From Octopus sinensis (taxonomy: Eukaryota), in assembly GCF_006345805.1 (NCBI RefSeq), contig NC_043005.1, positions 68,758,001-68,822,000 on the forward strand: DNA of 64,000 bases. The letters run 5' to 3'. The translations under genes were made by a program, and so were the position numbers. Below, piece after piece: positions 54,027-64,000 of this stretch; positions within the stretch are counted from its first letter, which is position 1; the number at the start of each line of letters is the position of its first letter. The notes beneath the pieces were generated by a model. It worked only from the letters and a program-made list of their open reading frames with translations. It searched no databases and was not told the DNA's origin.

Positions 54027-54152
54027 AAACTCAAGAAATATAAGAGAAAAACATAACATTACAAACTCGATAGCCAACCGTAGAATTCGTCGTAGCATGT
54101 CCGAATGTTTATCTTTACATATCTATGAAAATGGCGGGCTTATTCGCAATGC

Positions 54153-54184
<32 letters not shown>

Positions 54185-54289
54185 GAGTGTGTGTATTGAT
54201 ATCGGTATAATTTAAAAAAATAGATTTGGGTAAATGAATAATGATATGTATTATGCATTGTTACGCATATGTATATGTGTATATATAAT

Positions 54290-54682
<393 letters not shown>

Positions 54683-54726
54683 GTATATATCTATTATTAA
54701 TCTTTGATCTTTAGTAATGATTATTA

Positions 54727-54853
54727 TAAACAATTAATATAATGCAATATACAATATTATTTCGTATTTGACTATCTAGCCATAGATAAATAGCGTGCTG
54801 TTTATCTATGGGTACGTAGTCAAGTACGAAATAATATTGTATTAATTGTTTAA
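54727..54853. repeat. Foldback palindrome (MITE-like)
   Basis: Arms atacaatattatttcgtatttgacta...catagataaatagc and gctgtttatctatg...tagtcaagtacgaaataatattgtat, with about 5 mismatches in 46 bp. Confidence 0.85.
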
Positions 54854-55254
54854 ATAGCGTGCTGTTATTATCATAATATGCATTTTTAATAATGTGAAAG
54901 AATGAAAGATATTTTTCTTATTTCACCATAGTTCTCTTAAGTATTTTTAAAATACCTTTTAAAATATTGTTCCTGGTATTTAAAAAAAAACTTAATGTGC
55001 TAAGATATATATATACATTAAAATACTTAATAGTATACAAATATGTTTTATGGCCGTTATATTAATTTATTTTTCACATTTTATTTTCGATTTTACATTT
55101 TTGTTTTTGTTTTTAATTATTGACGCCCACGCTTATACTATATTATATTATGTTATACTATATTATATTATATATTATTATATTATGATATTATAAGAAA
55201 ATACTGTAATATTATATTGATGAATTTTAATTTTTGAAATATCAGCTGCATATC

Positions 55255-55385
55255 TTTACGTTCTGGGTTCAAACTAAGCCAAAGTCGACTTTGTCTTTCA
55301 TCCTTTCTGGGTTGATAAATTTAGTACCAGTGAAAAACTGGAGTTTTTGTAATCCCTCCCCTAAATTTGAGGCGTTGTGTCTATG
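55255..55385 (+). mobile_element. SINE family B fragment
   Basis: acgttctgggttcaaact...gtcgactttgtctttcatcctttc.gggttgataaatttagtaccagt. Confidence 0.7.
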
Positions 55386-55399
55386 TATATATATGTTTC

Positions 55400-56200
55400 A
55401 TTTTAACAGGTATACTTACCAAAATTACATAGAAAATATCTTGAAATACTAAAGAGTAAATCTATACAATAAAATCGACATTGGCTTCATCCACGACCTC
55501 CAATCAACTTCGGAACCTCCTGCAACCATTCTGGATAATCTCCTTGTTAAAGTTCGTATAATCAATGCCATCAGTTCATCTTTGGAGTTACAAGGATTGG
55601 TCACCACTCCCCACACATAATAATCAAGAGAGTTGCAGTCTGGGAAGTTAGTTGGCCTGATATTAGGGGTGATGTGGTCGCAGAAATTGTCTGACAGCCA
55701 TGAATGTGTTCTCCTGTTTGTGTAGCAATGTGTAGAGTCCTGTTGCCGGACACAGGTTCTTCCAGTAACCGCCCTCTTGACCCAGAGCTGCAATATCTCC
55801 TCCAGGCATTTTGTAGAAGCCTACGTGTTGTGTCCGAGGCCGTATGGGAAGATGAATGGAGGCATAAATTCGCCATCACTAGCGAAATCTCCAAACACCA
55901 TAATGTTGATTGGATGTTTGATTTTTATCTCTCTCGGTACATGTTTTGGGGACATGGCACGCCAATGATTGCTCTGTGTGTTCACTATATGTTCATATTG
56001 TAACTTCCATCGCAAATGCCGAGCAGTATAGCATGTCTTTTACAAATTTCTGGCGGAGTGAATTGCGTCTTGGTGTTGTTTTTCTCATTGATGGTGCCTA
56101 ACTGAACCTAATACATTGTGTAGACGACAAAAAAAAAATACATGTGCAAGTGCGAAGTATGAAATATCATATGGCGACAATTTACGCATCGCAGCCTACA
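55400..56200 (-). mobile_element. Decayed Tc1/mariner-superfamily element (maT/DD37D-like)
   Basis: KHPINIMVFGDFASDGEFMPPFIFPYGL, QQDSTHCYT and IRPTNFPDCNSLDYYVWGVV (WPPNSPDxNPLDY motif). Confidence 0.85.
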
Positions 56201-57149
56201 TATATAAGGAACAAGTACGGTAGTCGCTTCATTCAGCTAATATTTCTCCATCGTCTAATGGTTTGAAAGAAGCAAACGATCAAAGATGTAAGACAGAGAC
56301 GGCGAATTATGCGGAAAGCATTAGCAGAGTTTACTATCCATACCCATAGATATTTTGGTTGATATATAAGAGGAATCACTGAGAAGATACCTCGAAAATG
56401 GTCGTCCCTAAAAGGGGTGGAATTGTGACTTTCTTGGTTAGTTCTATCAATCAATGATCTATTTCATCAAAAACTAGGTAAATGAATATGGATCGATCAC
56501 ATAGTGTTTCAGGGATTATGTATGTATATATATAAACACATATAATATATGTGTGCGGGTCTGTGATTGAGTATATCTGTTATCTCTATCTCTTCCCATA
56601 CGCAGACACACACTCACAAACACACGCAGTCACACACACACACACAAATTTACATACAGACTAACATTTCGGTGAAAGCTGTTTAAACCAAATCACCTGT
56701 AAAGAAACGAAAGAAAGATAAAAAAAAATTAGGTTTTTTATTTCACTTTTTTATTTGAAAATTTTGAGAGACAATTTCCAACCGGAGATCGATTTTCGAA
56801 GCTGAAATCTCTAAAAAAAATGACAATTGAACCGAAAATATTCTTTTTGATTTTATTGTTACGTAATTTTCACTTGTGATGTTATCATATATATACATGC
56901 ATGCGTATTCACATACATAAGTATATATATATATGTGTATGTATCCCTGACCTCTGAGCGTGCGTATCTGTGTGTGTGTGGTTGTATATATATATATAAT
57001 ATATATATGCATATATACATATATGGAAAGGCTTATACATACACACACATATATATATATATATATATAAACACATACATACATGTTTATATGTATATAT
57101 GCACAAATATATATCTGCGATAGTATGCATTTGTGCGAATTCTTAGCTA

Positions 57150-57950
57150 CAATTACTTTTTCAAATGTAAGCGTACAAAAAAGAATGCAGTAGATAAATC
57201 TACGAACTCGGGCTGCATAGATATAGTGGACTTACGTAATACATTATGTGGAAATTTATTAAATCGTATTGGCTTATAACACACCTCTTCTTGTGCATGC
57301 CATAACACACATATCTTTATTGTGTTTATTTAGTAAATTGTTTGAGTTTGCTAAGGGACCTCTAACGACTCACACATTCAAAACCTCACAAAAACGCTCC
57401 CAGTATTTTGGGGCAAATCATATAAGAAATCTTTAAAAACTGTATAATAATCATGGATTTACTCTGCTGGGGGACTTGTGAATCTAAATCAAGTCTTAAA
57501 GGACTCATGCCTCTGTAATCAATTGCGTTAGTTCATGTGATTTACTGAACATACCATCAACGTCATTCCGTAAGTCCCTGTGTAATCCCTCGTATGTTAT
57601 CTTCTGTATCAATGGCATATAACTGCGCTTTGCTTATAATAAGTGCAGTGCATCGAAATATCAGGTACTATCACCGTTTGCGTAGCATTTAGCCTCAAAT
57701 CCTATAATACACAGACCAGATTAGCCATCAACTATGCATTGGTTCATCCCATAATTAATGTGGTTTCTCATACTACTGTTAGTTTTCAAAATTAAGAAAA
57801 ACAAAGTTTTTTTTTTAATCTGAAATATACTCTGCTCCATTTTCTACCATGCTCTTCCATCTATCTGGTAGAATTGCAAAGCCCCTCTTTCAAGATTTGA
57901 CCGTGACGAAAACTACTCCTCCAACACTATTCGGACACACAGAATTCATC
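57150..57950 (-). mobile_element. Possible highly decayed LINE RT
   Basis: AIDYRGMS resembles NYRGISL, and a downstream VFKDF resembles VFIDF. Weak. Confidence 0.3.
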
Positions 57951-57987
57951 ATCATTATCATCATCCTCATCAACATAATCACCATTA

Positions 57988-58070
<83 letters not shown>

Positions 58071-58080
58071 ATTATTATCA

Positions 58081-58137
<57 letters not shown>
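57950..58137. repeat. (TCA)/(TTA)n microsatellite
   Basis: Directly visible. Confidence 0.97.
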
Positions 58138-58199
58138 CATTTATCTCTCTATCTCTCTATCTCCTTTTGTATATATATATATACATAATTCAAATTTTT

Positions 58200-58553
58200 C
58201 CATCCAAATGATTTGGAAGACCGCGGAATAAATGATAATCAGATGGGATAATGTCCGGTGAATATGCCTCCTTCTCTTGCACTCTCCTGTCTTTGAAAGA
58301 ATATTTAAGAACTTTTTCTTCGCCCATTCCCTTCCGGTCATTTCAATGTGTGATCGCGTGTGTAACGTTGGCGATTTTCTTTGTCCGTCTTCCCTTCTTT
58401 GGACTTCTTTTTTTTTCTACATTTCTGACGAAGAGCTCTGCTCGCAATGTTAAATCTTCCTTCTTTCTGTCCTTTCCTGAGTGTCCAATAACACTATACT
58501 TATTCCACATCCTTGCGTTGTTGTGTTTTCTCTCTGTTCATGTATGGATTAAC
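58200..58553 (+). mobile_element. PLE pLTR-like repeat with degenerate HHR (58421-58455), ending near (TA)n
   Basis: ATTT CTGACGA A GAGC TCT GCTC GCAAT GTT AAAT. Homologous to 20450-20616; both copies end in ggattaac. Confidence 0.65.
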
Positions 58554-58574
58554 GATACGTACATACATATATAA

Positions 58575-58615
<41 letters not shown>

Positions 58616-58695
58616 TTTGTGTGAGTGTGTGCGTGCGTTTATGTGTGTGTATGTACATATATACATACACACACACACACATATATATATAATAT

Positions 58696-58738
<43 letters not shown>

Positions 58739-59312
58739 TATGGTATGAATCTTGCCGGTGGCTGCTCTATTCTATGATTTAACTACTTCTGGTTAACAAT
58801 TTCTGCATTGAAACAGGTCGACTTGAATATATTAACAATTGCAGGGATAGTAAATAGTTCACAATTGAAATATCATAAGTGCATTCAAATTATTTAACCC
58901 GTCCAACTACATATGAAAAGTATAATTTGATATTTTTCAACAAATTCTGTTTCACGGTGATTCTTGTATATTTTTTGCATCAATCACTAAATCAAAATTT
59001 AAACCTCTTATATTCCGCCAGAATATTCAATGTTGCGAATCCTTATTTCTTCCCAACAATATTCTCAATTAAAGTACGTCAAAATAAGTAATGAGACAGT
59101 TGAATCCAAACACAAACTCTTTTTTGGTCTATATTGAAAAGGAAATTTAATGCAATTTTATTTAATAAAACTCTCGATTCGATCTACAAAATAATGTTTG
59201 TGGTGTGAAATATTGGTTACGAATATTTATATATATATAGGTATATATTCTTCATAGATTTGGCCGTGATAAAGCTGTAACATTTCTCTCGGTCACACAC
59301 CTTTATATACAC

Positions 59313-59429
<117 letters not shown>

Positions 59430-59532
59430 TAATATTAATTAGAGACAAAACCACTATTTTGCAAATCGAACAAAGAAAGACTTAATCCAATACATAAAAA
59501 AAATTAATATATATTAAATAAAATTAAATTCG

Positions 59533-59578
59533 CCACTACAATTGTTTCGTGTCTCTTCTAAGGACATTCATCAGGTGG
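59533..59578 (-). ncRNA. Minimal type I hammerhead ribozyme, intact core
   Basis: CCAC CUGAUGA A UGUC CUUAGAAGA GACA C GAAAC AAUU GUA GUGG. 4-bp stem I, 4-bp stem II, palindromic stem III (ACAAUUGU) and a GUA site. Confidence 0.88.
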
Positions 59579-60850
59579 ATTTCAGATCTAAAAATAATCA
59601 ATATTTTAAGATATAAATTTAAAATGACTAAAACTCTAAATAATATAAATTTATCAATGAAAAAATATATATATATAATCTATATATAATCTATATATAA
59701 TCAAGAACTAAAATAACCTCTATAACCAATTGAATATAAAGAAACCTAGTGTTTAAGTTCTCATATTTAAAGATGAAGAATCTAATTTCAAAAAACAAAA
59801 AATAAAAAATAAAAATAGAATATATATACACACATGCTCATACACATATATCTAAGTATATATAAACATATCTAAATACATACACTAACTCACACATCCA
59901 TATATATATCTCTATACATAAGCATAACCATCTAGGCAACGATAAATTAATAAAGTAGCCGTACATACAACCCTCATTCATAAACACACTCACTCTACAT
60001 GACAACCACACATTCAGCAGCCGCATATACTCAACCACAACAACATAAACATTTCATTCTTAGCAAGAAACTACCAAATACCATATACCACATATATACA
60101 AGAACCATACATAAATACTTAAAACAAACACACACCCACACATATTCCAAATACCACATGCATGCAACAAACATACAGAAATACGCAAACAAACACACAC
60201 ACACACACATTCACACATACATAAACACTCAAAAGAAAACAACATTTCTACACATAAATAATGCACACCCACACACACACTCACACACAATCACTCACAT
60301 ACAACCGCACTCCTACCGCCACTCCTACACAGAGGAGTAACAAATTCAGCAGATACATACACTCAGCCACATACATACAGTAACATTCCCTACTCAGCAA
60401 TATACTATTAAAAACCCCAACATTACTCTAAAACTAATTTATGAATGTGAATAATAACTTATATAGAATTATTCTATTATTAAACATAACCTAAACGAAC
60501 CTATCTATTCATCAAAGTATGTCTAAGTTATTTAATAATTAATAACAAAGAAAAGTACGATAAATAGAACACTACATAAACAACAAGATTAACATAAGGA
60601 GAATATATTATTATTCAAAAGCTTATACATATTAAAATTACAATTAGGAGAACTTAAAAAAATACATACCTTCTATTCAATTTTAAGTTATGAAGTGAAT
60701 TTAAAAGTCTAACTGTTACAGCGTTTACAAAATTACGTTACCATAGAACTAGAATATATTTTTAATAAATTCTTTGCGCGTGATGAACGAACGTTATTTT
60801 AAAGATTATGAATGGAATAGAATGGAATGATATGTTAATCAACGTAAATA

Positions 60851-61141
60851 GACTAAATTTACTACAAAATTCTTTAATAAAACAATCATGATAAACGAAA
60901 CCCATACATACAAATATAATGATAAAACCTCCCTTTACCATACACATTAACAAACCTATATAGCAATGCCCCTAATCTATACATTCACACACAAATACAC
61001 ACACATATAACACACACCCACAAACATATACATATACCCACTCACACATACATATACATACGTACAATACTCGATATATACACCGATATATTCACACCCA
61101 CACCCATACAGATAAATAAATAATTATATATACATCCATAA

Positions 61142-61204
<63 letters not shown>

Positions 61205-62198
61205 ATTATATATATATATATATATACCCTCACACATATCATCAAATACACATATATATAAAAATACACACATTCACAAAAAAAAAATAAATATTTATTA
61301 TATGTATATATGAGTGTGTACACGCAAACGGGTGCAATCTCACGCACATTCAAACATGCATGTATACAAGTGCATACACAAGCACATGCATTTACATAGC
61401 ACTCATGCACTCCCGCATCTACACATGCACTTGTACACGCGCACACATGCACACACACCCATGCACATGCATATTCACGGACACCCTCCTAAACATCTAA
61501 ATGTACGTATATATGGCTACAGACAAAACCCAAATAAAAATAAAACTACCATGATCAACATACCAAGTATAATACATGGGGACTGAATTTACTACAAAAT
61601 TCTTTAATAAAACAATCATGATAATCGAAACCCATACATACAAAAATAATGATAAAACCCCCCTTTTTACCAAATACACAATACACACAAATACACACAC
61701 CCACAAACATATACATATACACACTCACACATACATATACATACGTACAATACTCGATATATACACCAATATATTCACACCCACACCCATACAGATTAAT
61801 AAATAAATACATATACATCCATAAATAAATATATATACATTCACACATATCATCACATACACACATATATAAAAAATACACACATTCACAAAAAATAAAT
61901 AAATATATAAATATTTACTATATGTATATATGAGTGTGTACACGCAGACGGGTGCAATCGCACGCACATTCAAACATGCATTTATACAAGTGCATAAACA
62001 CGCACACTCACTTACATAGCACTCATGCACTCCCGCATCTACACATGCACTTGTACACGCGCACACATGCATACACACCCATACATGCATATTCACGGAC
62101 ACCCTCCTAAACATCTATATAAACGTATATGTCTACAAACTATACCCAAATAAAAAAATAAAGCTGCCATGATCACCATACCAAATATAATACAAGGG
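60851..62198. repeat. Diverged tandem duplication (60851-61580 and 61581-62198)
   Basis: Shared blocks aatttactacaaaattctttaataaaacaatcatg, cgggtgcaatc, catgcactcccgcatctacacatgc and ttcacggacaccctcctaaacatct. Confidence 0.92.
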
Positions 62199-63077
62199 GA
62201 TTGGAAACATTCACAATATAGGGAACTACCATACAAAAACACCCCTAAACACCTAGTGGCTCCCATTCATCCAAATCAACCCGTAACAAGTTATACCCAT
62301 ATAAGCCATAAATTAATATTATATTATAATAAATTAATAAATTAATGTAAATAAACAAATCTAAATACGTACATACACAAACAAACCTATATAGCAATAC
62401 CCCACCCTATAAACTATTTCCCACACCCTCACATCCCAAACTAAAACTAATATTCAAACAAACCAATTCCGCAAAAAATATAGTACAACCACATCACGTA
62501 TACACAATATAATAAAATACCAAATTCACATCTGCACATATACATATATACACATATACACATACACATACACATACACAAATACGTATATACACACACA
62601 CACAACTACATACAAATACATATACATACACAAATACACATATATACTCACATACTTATATACATACACATATGTACACACACCTACAACACACACTTAT
62701 ACATACATTATACATACTAAACATACATACAATACTCGATATATACACCACTATATACACGCCCATTTCCATAAAATAATATATATACACATATATACAT
62801 ATAATATATATATATATAATAAAATAAAAAATATATAAAATAAAATAATTCTAATATAAATAAAATTGTAACTTACCAGACTCAATATTCCATAAACAGT
62901 TTTATATTAATATACATTAATAATAAATTAATTAATACAAAGAAATACCATTTATAGCCTAACTATAATTAAAACCTAAACTACATAACTAAAGAATTAT
63001 AATGGTACTCTAAACACATAAAATTTATATACTATAATAACCTTTAATAGGGAGCTATTAATGCTATTAAATAATTA

Positions 63078-63463
63078 TTATTTATCATGAAACTTATTAT
63101 ATAGGTAAAGTAACCTATGTCTGCATTTTATTTTGCGCTCTTCACCTGTATTAAATAAATTATCATACTTATAAAATAAAATTTCCTTAAACTCATTAGA
63201 GCATAAATAACAAAAATTCGCTCCTATAGTATATGATTTGGTTTTACAAATTATTTCCCAAGTTAAATTATAATTAATATTTTGTGATTTAAGTCTCCAA
63301 ATGTACTTGCAAAGTCCAGTGGAGTTGATTAAGTTTTTATTTTTAAAAGAATTCAGATGTTGTGCGATTCTTAATTTTATTTTAGAGGAAGTAGACCCTA
63401 TATAAATCGCTTTTGGGTAATTATTATTTTTAAAGTTATTATCATGTAATGTAACTATATATA
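63078..63463 (-). CDS. GIY-YIG endonuclease domain of a Penelope-like element (truncated ORF)
   Basis: IYIVTL...IYIGSTSSKIKLRIAQHLNSFKN...STGLCKYIWRLK...WEII...CYLCSNE...LFN...KCRH*. This matches the Neptune-type PLE C-terminus and has no internal stops. The ORF-track N-terminus is microsatellite. Confidence 0.88.
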
Positions 63464-64000
63464 TGTGTGTGTGTGTATATATGTCGATATATATACAAAT
63501 ATATACATATATGTCGATATATATACAAATATATACATATATGTATACACACACAAACACACATATATCATCTTCTTAGGTTAGTGTTCTGTAAGGCGCC
63601 GATTGTCTGATCTTAGAAGATAAGACTCATGGTGCCCCCCCCCCCTCCACCAGGCTGACGCTCTGGGCTTCCACGCTGGGCGTTGTTTGTGTATATGTAT
63701 GTACATATTTAAATACATATATGTATGTATGTATGAATTTATATATATATATATATACACTATTAGTATAATATTTATGTATACACATATATACAGATAT
63801 ATCATATGTATGTATGTATGCATTATTACTGAATTAAATACAGTTATACAATATTGATTTTCTGCTCATTTTTCTTTTGGAAGTATTGTGGTTCCAGTGT
63901 ATTTTTCTGCCAGTTTCATTGAAATGAAGTTTTACATTTCTTAGTTCTTCATTTGAGAAAAAATAACAGCTTCTAGTTTACTGCATATATATATATATAT

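Larger units (their letters stand above)
59431..63463 (-). mobile_element. 5'-truncated Penelope-like element (Neptune-type): GIY-YIG plus long 3' region with HHR
   Basis: A GIY-YIG ORF end and an HHR lie on the same strand. The region is uniformly G-poor on the + strand and both ends lie in TA-rich microsatellite. That it is one continuous element is inferred. Confidence 0.7.

Noticed and set aside
59600-63070. G-poor, A/C-rich skew suggesting a mitochondrial insertion
   Set aside because: No mitochondrial gene or tRNA is recognisable. The PLE context explains it better.

Overview
This is AT-rich eukaryotic intergenic or intronic DNA, saturated with (TA)n, (CA)n, (TAA)n, (CTA)n and (TCTA)n microsatellites. 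The repeat families resemble ones I recall from Octopus (cephalopod) genomes; this is recall, not a database result. I cannot identify an intact host protein-coding gene, and nearly all of the ORF track is microsatellite translation. The window is a transposon graveyard. It holds two tRNA-derived SINE families, at least seven Tc1/mariner remnants, a Gypsy gag, R4/Dong-like LINE fragments, two Helitron PIF1 helicase fragments (one split by a hAT MITE) and two Penelope-like elements (PLEs). The most notable signal is a set of minimal type I hammerhead ribozyme (HHR) motifs in otherwise dissimilar elements. Four have intact catalytic cores (27105-27145, 38098-38169, 53962-54026, 59533-59578; all minus strand) and several more are degenerate. 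Most lie about 50-250 bp from a (TA)n tract at the inferred 3' end of the element. One sits downstream of a Neptune-type GIY-YIG ORF. Another sits at the tip of a rod-like hairpin inside an inverted-plus-direct repeat unit (12566-13074). All alignments and folds were done by eye.
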